Shown: piece by piece, positions 1 to 11,667 of the stretch
Layout of the letters: every line of letters begins with the position of its first letter
How positions within the stretch are numbered: the stretch's first letter is position 1
Sequence record: OZ196593.1
Strand: one strand, 5' to 3'
Length of the DNA stretch: 64,000 nt
Program-made: the position numbers and the translations under genes
Notes under the pieces: generated by a model
What the model saw: only the letters and a program-made list of their open reading frames with translations
What the model was told of the DNA's origin: nothing
The model's database searches: none

Positions 1-1800
<1,800 letters not shown>

Positions 1801-1801
1801 T

Positions 1802-1809
1802 TATAAATA
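1802..1809 (+). promoter_or_regulatory. T4-type late promoter TATAAATA
   Basis: Exact T4 late -10 consensus upstream of gp18. Confidence 0.85.
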
Positions 1810-1846
1810 TCGTATGAACACATAACTTAAATGGTAAGGAAAAACA

Positions 1847-3862
1847 ATGACTCTTTTATCACCGGGTATCGAAAATAAAGAGATTAACCTTGCAAGTGCT
1901 ATTGGTCGTGCGGCTACGGGTCGTGCAGCAATGGTGGGGAAATTTGAGTGGGGTCCAGCTTATAAGATCACTCAAGTAACTTCAGAATCGGACTTGGTTA
2001 CTATTTTCGGTCGTCCAAACGACTATACCGCAGCATCATTCATGACTGCAAACAACTTTCTAAAGTATGGTAATGACTTGCGCTTAGTTCGTATCTGTGA
2101 CGAAGCAACGGCACAGAACGCAACAGCTCTTTACCATGCAATCGACTACACAATCGGCACGTCAAACGGCTGTGTTGTAGACGATGAAATTACAATCAAC
2201 TACTCTGGTGTAGGTGAGCTTACAGCTAAAGGTAAAGTTCTAGAAGTAGACGCTGCGAACAACAACGCTGCATCGAAAATCTGGCTACCGAGTGCTGAAA
2301 TCATCGCTGCTGCGAAAGCAGATGGCAACTACCCAAGTGTAGCAACGTTGACAATCACGCCAACGCAGGGTGATATCACAATCACAGACGTAAGTATTCT
2401 AGTCAATGGCTCAGTATACTTCCCGAACATCGACACTGCAACCGATGCACTGACAGCAATCGAAACAGAGGGTGGCGATCTTGAGTACGCAGATCTGATC
2501 GAGAAGCAAGGTTTCAGTCGTTTCGCTGCACGTTACGTTGGTGACTTCGGTGACGCGATTTCAGTTGAAGTGATCAACTACGCGGATTACACGACTGCAT
2601 TTGCATTCGCTGCTGATCATACGCTAGGTGACGTAGAACTACCAATCTACCCAGATGGTGGCACTCGCGATATCAACTTGACAAGCTACTTCGCATTTGG
2701 TCCCGCTAACAGCAACCAATACGCAGTTGTTGTGCGCGTATCTGGCGTTGTTGAAGAAGCGTTCATCGTTTCGACAAGTCGCTCAGACAAAGATGTAAAC
2801 GGTCAATCAATTTTCATCGACGAGTTCTTTGAAAATGGCGGTTCTCAGTACATCACTGCAATTGCAGATGGTTGGAACAGTGAGTCGGCAGCATACAACT
2901 TCGGTGGTGGCTACGACGCAAACGCAGGCGCAGATGACTGGATGTTCGGTCTAGATATGCTTGCAGACCCAGAAGTGCTTTACACGAACTTGGTAATCGC
3001 GGGTAACGCGGCTGCTGAAGAAGTGTCAATCGCATCAACAGTACAAAAATACGCTATCGACTCAGTTGGTAACGTACGTCAAGACTGTGTTGTTTTCGTT
3101 TCACCGCCTGCTGCACACGTTATCAACAAGCGTGCAGATGTTGCAGTAGCAAACATGCAAGGTTGGAGAACGGGTACTAACCCAACAAACGGTCAAGCAG
3201 TGGACGACAATCTGAACGTAAGCACAACTTACGCAGTGATTGATGGCAACTATAAGTATCAGTATGACAAGTATTCAGACCGCAACAGATGGGTGCCTCT
3301 AGCAGGTGATATCGCGGGCCTATGTGCTTACACTGATCAAGTTTCTCAACCTTGGATGTCGCCAGCGGGCTTCAATCGTGGTCAAATTAAGGGCGTGAAT
3401 CGTCTAGCACTTGATCTACGTCGTGCGCACCGTGATACGCTGTATCAACTGGGTATCAACCCTGTAGTGGGCTTTGCAGGTCAAGGCTTTGTGCTATACG
3501 GTGATAAGACTGCTACACAGCAATCAAGCGCATTCGACCGCATCAACGTGCGTCGCTTGTTCAACTTGTTGAAAAAAGCAATCTCAGACTCGGCTAAGTA
3601 CCGTCTGTTCGAATTGAATGACGAGTTTACTCGTACATCGTTCAAGTCAGAAATCGACGCATACTTGACGAACATTCAAGATCTTGGTGGCATCTACGAC
3701 TTCCGCGTAGTTTGTGATGAGACGAACAACCCAGGTTCAATTGTAGACCGCAACGAGTTTGTGGCGAGCATTTACGTGAAACCTGCGCGTTCAATCAACT
3801 TCATCACGCTTAACTTCGTTGCAACGTCTACGGACGCTGATTTCGACGAGATTATCGGCTAA
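1847..3862 (+). CDS. gp18: Tail sheath protein
   Basis: MTLLSPGIE start, GKFEWGPA, PWMSPAGFNRG, RINVRRLF; synteny. Confidence 0.97.
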   Translation: MTLLSPGIENKEINLASAIGRAATGRAAMVGKFEWGPAYKITQVTSESDLVTIFGRPNDYTAASFMTANNFLKYGNDLRLVRICDEATAQNATALYHAIDYTIGTSNGCVVDDEITINYSGVGELTAKGKVLEVDAANNNAASKIWLPSAEIIAAAKADGNYPSVATLTITPTQGDITITDVSILVNGSVYFPNIDTATDALTAIETEGGDLEYADLIEKQGFSRFAARYVGDFGDAISVEVINYADYTTAFAFAADHTLGDVELPIYPDGGTRDINLTSYFAFGPANSNQYAVVVRVSGVVEEAFIVSTSRSDKDVNGQSIFIDEFFENGGSQYITAIADGWNSESAAYNFGGGYDANAGADDWMFGLDMLADPEVLYTNLVIAGNAAAEEVSIASTVQKYAIDSVGNVRQDCVVFVSPPAAHVINKRADVAVANMQGWRTGTNPTNGQAVDDNLNVSTTYAVIDGNYKYQYDKYSDRNRWVPLAGDIAGLCAYTDQVSQPWMSPAGFNRGQIKGVNRLALDLRRAHRDTLYQLGINPVVGFAGQGFVLYGDKTATQQSSAFDRINVRRLFNLLKKAISDSAKYRLFELNDEFTRTSFKSEIDAYLTNIQDLGGIYDFRVVCDETNNPGSIVDRNEFVASIYVKPARSINFITLNFVATSTDADFDEIIG

Positions 3863-3892
3863 GAGCAATCACGAGGGGCGTTTTTTAGCCCC

Positions 3893-3900
3893 TCTAAATA
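3893..3900 (+). promoter_or_regulatory. Late promoter variant TCTAAATA
   Basis: One mismatch to TATAAATA; just upstream of gp19; overlaps 3' arm of hairpin 3873-3894. Confidence 0.6.
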
Positions 3901-3916
3901 ATAAGGTATAGAGAAA

Positions 3917-4417
3917 ATGGCACTTAATGTAGACAGCATTAAAAGAGCTTTCGGTAACGGTGATTTCGCTCGTCCAAACTTGTTCGAAGTTGAGATTCCG
4001 TATCTGGGACAGAACTTTAAATTCCAATGTCGCGCTTCAGCAATGCCACCGGGCAGTGTTGAGAAGCTAGAAGTTTCTTATCAAAATCGCAAGTACAACA
4101 TTGCAGGTGATCGAACGTTCGATGACTGGAATGTGACAGTGTACAACGATGAGACGCACGACATTCGCAAAGCTATTTTAGCATGGCAATCGCGTGCAGT
4201 TGGCTTAGGCAAAGATGTGACTGGTGAAACGCCAGACCAATACAAGCGTACTGGTACGATTACTCAACTTGATCGTAACGGCGAACCAACAACATCAGCT
4301 ACAGTATACGGGATTTTCCCGACTATGGTTGGCGAAGTTGCTCTTGATTGGGATTCAAACAATGAAATCCAAACGTTTGAAGTAACATTCAGCTTAGACT
4401 ACTTCACAGTAGAATAA
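3917..4417 (+). CDS. gp19: Tail tube protein
   Basis: DFARPNLFEV, AGDRTFDDW, VGEVALDWDSNNEIQTFEVTF. Confidence 0.96.
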   Translation: MALNVDSIKRAFGNGDFARPNLFEVEIPYLGQNFKFQCRASAMPPGSVEKLEVSYQNRKYNIAGDRTFDDWNVTVYNDETHDIRKAILAWQSRAVGLGKDVTGETPDQYKRTGTITQLDRNGEPTTSATVYGIFPTMVGEVALDWDSNNEIQTFEVTFSLDYFTVE

Positions 4418-4422
4418 TGATG

Positions 4423-4444
4423 AGGGGCGTACGCCCCTTTTATT
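4423..4444 (+). terminator. Intrinsic terminator after gp19
   Basis: AGGGGCGT/ACGCCCCT stem followed by TTTT. Confidence 0.65.
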
Positions 4445-4455
4445 GAGGTAAAATA

Positions 4456-6003
4456 ATGTTAGAATTTATGAAATTCTGGACGAAAGAAGAAGAACAAGAA
4501 GTATCTGACATTCAGAAGAATCCAGTTCGTTCGTTTTCAGCGCCAGATAACGTAGATGGTGCTAAAGATATTCATACTAACTTACTAGCGCCTCAGATGG
4601 GTAACCAGTTCATTCCGAGTGATATGAACCAAGAGGGCACAGTTCCGATTAAAGAACTGATCTCAGGCTACCGAGCATTAGCAGAATATCATGAAGTCGA
4701 TGATGCGATTCAAGAAATCGTCGATGAAGCTATCGTTTACGAAAACGATAAAGAAGTTGTGTGGTTGAACCTAGACAACACAGATTTTTCAGAAAATATC
4801 AAGACTCGAATCAACGAAGAATTCGACACTGTAGTTTCGTTGCTACACATGCGTAAACACGGTTATAAGTGGTTCCGCAAATGGTATGTCGATTCGCGCA
4901 TTTACTTTCACAAGATTCTTGATAAAGAAGACAATATCATTGAGCTGCGCCCATTAGACCCGATGAAAATGGAGCTAGTGCGTGAAGTTCAGAAAGAAAC
5001 AGTCGATGGCGTTGAAATCGTTAAAGGCACACTGGAATACTACGTGTACCGTCAAGCTGATTACAAGATGCCGAGTTGGATGGACACAAGTTCACGCTCA
5101 CAGACTGCATTCAGAATTCCAAAAGAAGCGATTGTTTTCGCTCATAGTGGTCTGATTCGTGGTTGTTCTGAGACTCAGACGATCATTGGGTATCTAGATC
5201 GCGCTATAAAGCCCGCTAACCAACTTAAAATGCTAGAAGATGCACTTGTTATCTATCGTCTAGCACGTGCCCCTGAACGTCGCGTATTCTACGTAGACGT
5301 AGGTAACTTGCCTACTCAGAAAGCACAGCAATATGTTAACGGCATCATGCAAAACGTCAAGAACCGTCTTGTATACGACACTAACACGGGTTCAGTGAAG
5401 AACACGACTAACGCTATGTCAATGCTTGAGGACTACTATCTACCGCGTAGAGAGGGTTCTAAAGGTACTGAAGTTAGTACGCTTCCCGGTGGTCAGTCAT
5501 TAGGCGATATTGAAGACGTAATGTACTTCAACCGTAAATTGTACAAAGCAATGCGAATTCCGACTTCACGCGCAGCGTCTGAAGATCAATCGGGTGGTAT
5601 TAACTTTGGTGGTGGTGCAGAAATTTCGCGTGATGAACTTAAATTCACGAAATTCGTTAAGCGTTTACAGACTCGTTTTGAAACTGTAATCACTGATCCG
5701 CTTAAACATCAGTTGATCGTTAATAACGTAATCACTGAAGAAGAGTGGGACGAAAATCATGAAAAGATTTATGTTGTATTCAACCAAGATTCGTACTTCG
5801 AAGAATCGAAAGAATTAGAGATTCTAAATAGTCGTATGATGGCTCTGAGAGAAGTCGCAGAATATGCGGGCAAATATTACAGTCATAAATACATTCAGAA
5901 AAACATTTTACGTTTGTCAGACGACCAAATCAATGCTATGCAAACTGAGATTGATGAGGAAGAGACGAACCCAAGATTCCAACCAGACGACCACGGCTTT
6001 TAG
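4456..6003 (+). CDS. gp20: Portal protein
   Basis: IKPANQLKMLEDALVIYRLARAPERRVFYVDVGNLP, MLEDYYLPRREG. Confidence 0.97.
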   Translation: MLEFMKFWTKEEEQEVSDIQKNPVRSFSAPDNVDGAKDIHTNLLAPQMGNQFIPSDMNQEGTVPIKELISGYRALAEYHEVDDAIQEIVDEAIVYENDKEVVWLNLDNTDFSENIKTRINEEFDTVVSLLHMRKHGYKWFRKWYVDSRIYFHKILDKEDNIIELRPLDPMKMELVREVQKETVDGVEIVKGTLEYYVYRQADYKMPSWMDTSSRSQTAFRIPKEAIVFAHSGLIRGCSETQTIIGYLDRAIKPANQLKMLEDALVIYRLARAPERRVFYVDVGNLPTQKAQQYVNGIMQNVKNRLVYDTNTGSVKNTTNAMSMLEDYYLPRREGSKGTEVSTLPGGQSLGDIEDVMYFNRKLYKAMRIPTSRAASEDQSGGINFGGGAEISRDELKFTKFVKRLQTRFETVITDPLKHQLIVNNVITEEEWDENHEKIYVVFNQDSYFEESKELEILNSRMMALREVAEYAGKYYSHKYIQKNILRLSDDQINAMQTEIDEEETNPRFQPDDHGF

Positions 6004-6017
6004 AGAGGTAACATAAC

Positions 6018-6185
6018 ATGAGCTTAGAAAATATGATCGCAGCATCGCGTGACGGTAAACTTGCAGATTTTGAACAACACTTCAAGCAAGAAATCGGAAA
6101 TCGCGTTGCGGCACGAATTGATGATATGAAGCAAGAACTAGGTCGCTCAATCCAAGTAGATGGGGAAGTTCCCAAGGAGAGCTAA
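6018..6185 (+). CDS. gp67: Prohead core protein (55 aa, not in ORF track)
   Basis: Translated by hand: MSLENMIAASRDGKLADFEQHFKQEIGNRVAARIDDMKQELGRSI...; GAGG SD; lies between gp20 and gp68. Confidence 0.8.
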   Translation: MSLENMIAASRDGKLADFEQHFKQEIGNRVAARIDDMKQELGRSIQVDGEVPKES

Positions 6186-6677
6186 ATGAAGTTCATTACA
6201 GAAGATGCGCAAGCGCAGATTGTTGATGACTTAGCTGAAGCAGTAATAGACGGCGTTATTGAACGTTCGTCTGTGCCCGCGACAATCAAAGCATTCAGTG
6301 AAGCTAATGACATTGCTATTCAAGACATTGATGAAATGGTCGAAGAAGTTGACGCAGTTATTGGTGTAGTTGAAGCTATTGAACGCGGTCTCACCGTTGA
6401 AGACGCGTGTGTTGAGCTGAAATTATCAGAAAAAATGGTTAAAAAGGTATCAGTTGCAGACCGCAAAGCGGGTGGTAGCTTGATTTCTAAAAAGAAAGAC
6501 CGAAAAACTCGTGCGCGAAAAGCTTCGCAAACTACGGGTCTAAGTAAGTCTAAGAGACAAAAGACAGCACGCAAAGCAGCGAAAACGCGCAAGCGCCAGA
6601 AAGGCACTAGCACAGATCGCAAAGCTAAAAAGACTCGTGCTAAGTCTATGAAGAAACGCAAACAAATGGGGCTTTGA
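6186..6677 (+). CDS. gp68: Prohead core protein
   Basis: Acidic N-half and very basic C-half (RKARKA..T..RKAKKTRAKSMKKRK); synteny. Confidence 0.85.
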   Translation: MKFITEDAQAQIVDDLAEAVIDGVIERSSVPATIKAFSEANDIAIQDIDEMVEEVDAVIGVVEAIERGLTVEDACVELKLSEKMVKKVSVADRKAGGSLISKKKDRKTRARKASQTTGLSKSKRQKTARKAAKTRKRQKGTSTDRKAKKTRAKSMKKRKQMGL

Positions 6678-6679
6678 TT

Positions 6680-7315
6680 ATGGAATTATTAATCGAAACT
6701 TGGGGTGTATCTAGCGGTCTCGCTGAATCCCTTGGTGAAAAGCCTCTTGTTGAAGCGAAGCTACCTGCGACGAAAGGTGGCGACTTGTACATCGAGGGCA
6801 TTTTCATGCAATCGAATGTCGTAAACCGTAACGGACGTCGATACCCGAAAAAAGTTATGGAAAATGCTGTATCTAAATACATGCAAGAACAAGTCAACAC
6901 GAATCAAGCGTTGGGCGAATTGAATCACCCTAGCCGTTCGAATGTCGATCCTGCTGAAGCTGCAATTAGAATTACTGAGTTGTGGTGGGATGGTGACAAC
7001 GTAATGGGTAAAGCTATCGTACTAAATACACCGAAGGGACAAATTGTTCGTGGTCTAATCGAAGGCGGTTGGGTACCGGGCGTGAGTTCAAGAGGTCTTG
7101 GTTCAGTTAAGCAAGTTGACGGCATTAACGAAGTGACAGACTTTCGTCTGACAGTTGGAGTTGATGTAGTATGGGGCCCTAGTGCACCAAGTGCTTACGT
7201 TAAACCAGTAACTGAGTCAAATGAAGCTGCTAAAGATGTAAAAACAGAAGAAATTACCGAAAGTAATGACGCTGAATTTGCGAAACTAGCGGAAACGTTA
7301 AAAACTCTCTTATAA
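6680..7315 (+). CDS. gp21: Prohead protease
   Basis: LYIEGIFMQ, NRNGRRYP, GELNHP, GVSSRGLGS. Confidence 0.96.
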   Translation: MELLIETWGVSSGLAESLGEKPLVEAKLPATKGGDLYIEGIFMQSNVVNRNGRRYPKKVMENAVSKYMQEQVNTNQALGELNHPSRSNVDPAEAAIRITELWWDGDNVMGKAIVLNTPKGQIVRGLIEGGWVPGVSSRGLGSVKQVDGINEVTDFRLTVGVDVVWGPSAPSAYVKPVTESNEAAKDVKTEEITESNDAEFAKLAETLKTLL

Positions 7316-7318
7316 ATA
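7311..7318 (+). promoter_or_regulatory. Late promoter TATAAATA
   Basis: Exact consensus upstream of gp22. Confidence 0.85.
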
Positions 7319-7347
7319 TTAAAAACATATTTAAGGAATTGAAGAAG

Positions 7348-8190
7348 ATGCAAATCAAAGAGCAACTACTTGAAGCGGTATCGCACGACGATACTAAAAT
7401 CACTACTGCTTTGGACGGCATTTTTGAATCAGTTGAACTTTCCGAAGATGTTCGTAATAAGTTCAGCACTGTTTTCGAAAGTGTTATCAAGACAAAAGCC
7501 GTTGAGCTTGCAGAAGCGCACATCGCTGAAGCTGCTACAAAAGCGGAAGCAGTTATCACAGCACACAAAGAAGAGCTAAACGAAGCCGCTGAAAAATACG
7601 GTGAACATTTAGCTGAATCAATGCAAAACAAACTTGATTCATACCTAGACCACGTTGTTGAAGCTTGGATGAGCGAAAACAAACTAGCGGTTGAAAATGG
7701 TCTGAAAGTATCAATGTTTGACGGTTTGATGGAAGGCATGAAAAATGTTTTCGTTGAAAACAACGTACACTGCCCAGACGAAAAGATCGATATGATTGAG
7801 TCTCTTGAAGAGAACATCACTGATCTTGAATCTCGTCTTGATGTAGTAGTAGTTGAGAACCGTAAGCACAAAGAATACGCTAACTACGTAGAGAAAAACA
7901 TCATCATTGAACGCGTAACAAAAGGCATGGCTGAATCTCAGAAAGAACAAGTTTCTGACCTAGCTGAGTCAATTCGCTTCGATGAGAACTTTGAAGACAA
8001 TCTAAATAGTGTTATCAAGTTCGCTTCTGGTATCAAACTTGCTGAAAAAGAAGATGAAGACGAAGCAGACAAACCAGCTCCGAAGAAAGACGAAGATGGT
8101 GAAGACGACGCTGAGAAGAAAGACGACGAAAAGAAAATCAAAGAATCTGTAACGCCATCAATGGCTGCATATTTGAAAGCTGTCTCGTAA
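7348..8190 (+). CDS. gp22: Major prohead scaffold
   Basis: LDSYLDHVVEAWMSENKLAVENGLK; position between gp21 and gp23. Confidence 0.93.
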   Translation: MQIKEQLLEAVSHDDTKITTALDGIFESVELSEDVRNKFSTVFESVIKTKAVELAEAHIAEAATKAEAVITAHKEELNEAAEKYGEHLAESMQNKLDSYLDHVVEAWMSENKLAVENGLKVSMFDGLMEGMKNVFVENNVHCPDEKIDMIESLEENITDLESRLDVVVVENRKHKEYANYVEKNIIIERVTKGMAESQKEQVSDLAESIRFDENFEDNLNSVIKFASGIKLAEKEDEDEADKPAPKKDEDGEDDAEKKDDEKKIKESVTPSMAAYLKAVS

Positions 8191-8226
8191 TATTCGATAA
8201 GCAAATAAAAACGTAAAATTACGTTA

Positions 8227-8234
8227 TATAAATA
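8227..8234 (+). promoter_or_regulatory. Late promoter TATAAATA
   Basis: Exact consensus upstream of gp23. Confidence 0.88.
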
Positions 8235-8273
8235 CTTTTGTAAATTTTAGAACATATTAAAGGAATCATTCAA

Positions 8274-9815
8274 ATGAACCTAACTGAAAAATGGAAAGAC
8301 TTGCTTGAGGCAGACGGCGCGGAAATGCCAGAGATTGCAACTGCAACTAAGCAAAAAATCATGTCGAAAATCTTTGAAAACCAAGATCGTGACATCAACC
8401 AAGATCCAATGTATCGTGATCCACAACTTGTAGAAGCTTTCAACGCTGGTCTTAACGAAGCAGTAGTAGATGGCGACCACGGTTCTGTAGCGAACATCGC
8501 AAGCGGTCAAACAACTGGTGCTGTAACAAACATCGGTCCTACTGTAATGGGTATGGTTCGTCGTGCAATCCCTCAACTTATCGCTTTCGATATTGCGGGT
8601 GTTCAACCGATGACTGGTCCAACTAGCCAAGTGTTCACACTTCGTTCAGTTTACGGTAAAGATCCTCTTACTGGTAAAGAAGCATTCCACCCTGTTCATC
8701 AGGCTGACAGCTCTTTCTCTGGTCAAGGTGCTGCATCAACAATCGCTGATCTTCCAACAGACGCGACAGTAGTTTCTACTCCGTACAAAGCGACTGTTAC
8801 AACAGATGGCGGTACTGACGACCTACGTCACTTCCTAGCTCTAACTACAGACGCTGTAGTAGCAAGCTCAGGTGTGATGACTGCTGCTGAATACCAAGCA
8901 CTTGTAATCGGTGGTAAACTGGTTGAAGTTGACGCTGGTATGGCAACAAGCCAAGCAGAACTACAAGAGAACTTCAACGGTTCAAGCGGTAACGAATGGA
9001 ACGAAATGTCATTCCGTATCGACAAGCAAGTTGTTGAAGCGAAATCTCGTCAATTGAAAGCTCAATACTCTATCGAGCTTGCTCAAGATTTACGTGCTGT
9101 ACACGGTCTTGATGCTGACGCTGAACTAAGCGGCATTCTTGCTAACGAAGTTATGGTTGAGCTTAACCGCGAAATCGTTAACCTAGTTAACTCTCAAGCG
9201 CAAATCGGTAAGTCTGGTTGGACTAAAGGTGCAGGCGCTGCGGGTGTATTCGATTTCAGCGATGCAACAGACGTTAAAGGCGCACGTTGGGCTGGTGAAG
9301 CTTACAAAGCTCTATTGATCCAAATCGAAAAAGAAGCAAACGAAATCGGTCGTCAAACTGGTCGTGGTAACGGTAACTTCATCATTGCATCACGCAACGT
9401 AGTTTCTGCACTTTCAATGACTGATACTCTAGTTGGCCCTGCTGCGCAAGGTCTACAAGATGGCTCTATGAATACTGAAACAAATCAAACTGTTTTCGCT
9501 GGTATTCTAGGCGGTCGCTTCAAAGTGTACATTGACCAGTACGCAGTGAATGACTACTTCACAGTAGGCTTCAAAGGCGGTACTGAAATGGACGCGGGTG
9601 TGTTCTACTCACCGTACGTACCTCTGACTCCACTACGTGGTTCAGACAGCAAAAACTTCCAACCTGTAATTGGTTTCAAAACTCGTTACGGCGTTCAAGT
9701 TAACCCGTTTGCTGATCCAGATGCGACAGTAGACAAAATTGGTTCAGGTGCTCCAGTAGCTGCATCAATGGGTAAAAACTCTTACTTCCGCCGTGTATTT
9801 GTATCCGGTCTGTAA
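8274..9815 (+). CDS. gp23: Major capsid protein
   Basis: VRRAIPQLIAFDIAGVQPMTGPT, EAKSRQLKAQYSIELAQDLRAVHGLDA, GFKTRYG. Confidence 0.98.
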   Translation: MNLTEKWKDLLEADGAEMPEIATATKQKIMSKIFENQDRDINQDPMYRDPQLVEAFNAGLNEAVVDGDHGSVANIASGQTTGAVTNIGPTVMGMVRRAIPQLIAFDIAGVQPMTGPTSQVFTLRSVYGKDPLTGKEAFHPVHQADSSFSGQGAASTIADLPTDATVVSTPYKATVTTDGGTDDLRHFLALTTDAVVASSGVMTAAEYQALVIGGKLVEVDAGMATSQAELQENFNGSSGNEWNEMSFRIDKQVVEAKSRQLKAQYSIELAQDLRAVHGLDADAELSGILANEVMVELNREIVNLVNSQAQIGKSGWTKGAGAAGVFDFSDATDVKGARWAGEAYKALLIQIEKEANEIGRQTGRGNGNFIIASRNVVSALSMTDTLVGPAAQGLQDGSMNTETNQTVFAGILGGRFKVYIDQYAVNDYFTVGFKGGTEMDAGVFYSPYVPLTPLRGSDSKNFQPVIGFKTRYGVQVNPFADPDATVDKIGSGAPVAASMGKNSYFRRVFVSGL

Positions 9816-9827
9816 GACTAAAGCTTT

Positions 9828-9854
9828 AAAAGGGACTCTTCGGAGTCCCTTTTT
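9828..9854. terminator. Bidirectional terminator between gp23 and cca
   Basis: AAAAGGGACTC-TTCG-GAGTCCCTTTTT. Confidence 0.9.
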
Positions 9855-9858
9855 GCGT

Positions 9859-10962
9859 TTATGCGCAATGCAAAATGTTTTCAGCAATCAACATGCGTTT
9901 CTCTAGTTGAGCAGCACCGTACTGCGGTCCCGGTTCAACGTCAACACGCACAATCATCGTTTTCGCGATGATCTCTCTCAGTGTGCTTTGTTTCGTCACG
10001 TCGTTCATTTGTGATAGCGCGACTTCAAACTCACGACCATTCTTATAAGCACCCAATTGCTGCAACGCAATGACTACAGACGAGTCGTAAACGTGTAATA
10101 CGTTCAACTGCATTAAGATTTCAGAAGTCTTCTGAAAACGCTTTGTAGCCCCGAATTTAGACGTGTAACGATTTCGATGATCGAACGCAGCCCATTTACC
10201 GATGAGTTGAGTCTCTTCGCCTTGAAACTTCATGTGATTGTAATGCTTCAATGACATTAACTCAGCCGCACGTGGTTGCGAACAGAACCCGATTTGACCT
10301 AAGAACGAAAAGTACATGTGAGCATTCTTCTCAGATAGTGCTTTCATCGTCTCTAACCACACGCGCTCATGCGGTAAGTGATCAAGCATACCGTCAGCAA
10401 TCATCTTCTTGCAAAGCTCAATCGTCTCTGGTGCTACTGTGAAGTCTAGATCGTAGTAACGAGCATAGAAACGAGCAACGCGCAGAACACGCAACGGATC
10501 TTCAGTGAATGCATCAGTTGTATGACGAAGCACGCGATCTTTCAGATCTTGCAGACCATTGAACGGATCGATGATATCGTCAGTAGAACCCCACGTAAAT
10601 AGTGAGTTCGGTCGTTCGTCTGGTATTGCCATTGCATTGATCGTCAAGTCGCGGCGACTCAAGTCATCTTCTAGTGAAACACCCTCAGTCGTGAATTCGA
10701 AATCAGTTGTTTTATTGCCAGTGCTGCGCTCAACGCGTGCAAGTGCGACTTCGTTGTTGTATTTGTCTAGCCAAACGGGGAAGTCTGCACCGATGGTATC
10801 GCCATACATCATGTTCATTTGTTCATGAGTCGCACCGACTACAACGTAATCGACATCTTTCGGTAACGAAGAGTAGCCATCTACTTGATACAATAGCGTA
10901 TCACGCACAGCTCCGCCCACGATATATTTTTTCATGTTAAATGTACTCGCAAATTGTGTCAT
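9859..10962 (-). CDS. cca: tRNA nucleotidyltransferase (CCA-adding enzyme family)
   Basis: VGGAVRD, DVDYVV, EDDLSRRDLTINAMA, DPFNGLQDL, FTEDPLRVLRVARF. Confidence 0.92.
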   Translation of the reverse strand: MTQFASTFNMKKYIVGGAVRDTLLYQVDGYSSLPKDVDYVVVGATHEQMNMMYGDTIGADFPVWLDKYNNEVALARVERSTGNKTTDFEFTTEGVSLEDDLSRRDLTINAMAIPDERPNSLFTWGSTDDIIDPFNGLQDLKDRVLRHTTDAFTEDPLRVLRVARFYARYYDLDFTVAPETIELCKKMIADGMLDHLPHERVWLETMKALSEKNAHMYFSFLGQIGFCSQPRAAELMSLKHYNHMKFQGEETQLIGKWAAFDHRNRYTSKFGATKRFQKTSEILMQLNVLHVYDSSVVIALQQLGAYKNGREFEVALSQMNDVTKQSTLREIIAKTMIVRVDVEPGPQYGAAQLEKRMLIAENILHCA

Positions 10963-10996
10963 TTTAGTAATCTCTGTGTAACATCGTTTTGACCAT

Positions 10997-11004
10997 TATA
11001 AATA
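10997..11004 (+). promoter_or_regulatory. Late promoter TATAAATA
   Basis: Exact consensus upstream of the 11030-14426 operon. Confidence 0.85.
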
Positions 11005-11029
11005 AAGATAATGAGTATGTCAAGAAGAA

Positions 11030-11344
11030 TTGAAAATGATTGAACTAAAGAAAGGTCGTAGTCTAGTTTCTCATGGGGTTGATCTGTCATCAGATGAAGA
11101 CACTATAATTCGAATCCCAACGAGCAACTTTGGATTGGATAGTTCGTATTTTGCGATTATCAATGATGACGCAGAAAGCGTTGATATTGCATTTGGCGGT
11201 GTTGATGATGAAACACCTCCTGTGTACCCAGACGACTATTTTACTATTCATACCAATGGTAACTATGAGATCCCATCAGCGGCATTTGCAATGAACATTA
11301 AAGTATGGTTGAGAGGAGGGGGTCGTGTAGTTCTCGTTTACTAG
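11030..11344 (+). CDS. Small late protein, predicted beta-rich, possibly structural
   Basis: First ORF after a late promoter; 104 aa acidic. Confidence 0.6.
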   Translation: MKMIELKKGRSLVSHGVDLSSDEDTIIRIPTSNFGLDSSYFAIINDDAESVDIAFGGVDDETPPVYPDDYFTIHTNGNYEIPSAAFAMNIKVWLRGGGRVVLVY

Positions 11345-11356
11345 GGAGAAACACGA

Positions 11357-11650
11357 ATGCCGATTTCACAAGGCGTAATCGATTTGTCGAGTTTAATTTC
11401 GGAAACTGAACTTGCAAGTATATTAGAAAGCCGATTTTCGCCAATAGAAAACCCACAATTTCGATGTCTAGAATTTCCACTGAATAACGTGGCTGAAATC
11501 ACGATTGAACATAATCGCGGTTACATCCCTGAATATCAGTTAAGAAATGAGCAAGGGAAGCTTGTTGAAGTTCCGGTAAATCACATCGACGAAAACACAC
11601 TTACAATATGCAGCGTAATACCAGTTACGGGAACGCTGTACATCTACTAA
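11357..11650 (+). CDS. Small late protein with TIxH(N/T)xG beta-domain
   Basis: C-half TIEHNRGYIPEYQL resembles C-terminus of 11668-13542; GGAG SD. Confidence 0.65.
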   Translation: MPISQGVIDLSSLISETELASILESRFSPIENPQFRCLEFPLNNVAEITIEHNRGYIPEYQLRNEQGKLVEVPVNHIDENTLTICSVIPVTGTLYIY

Positions 11651-11667
11651 GCTAGGAGAAACTCTAC

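Noticed and set aside
8040-8140. Low-complexity E/D/K stretch in gp22
   Set aside because: A charged linker is ordinary in T4-like scaffold proteins.
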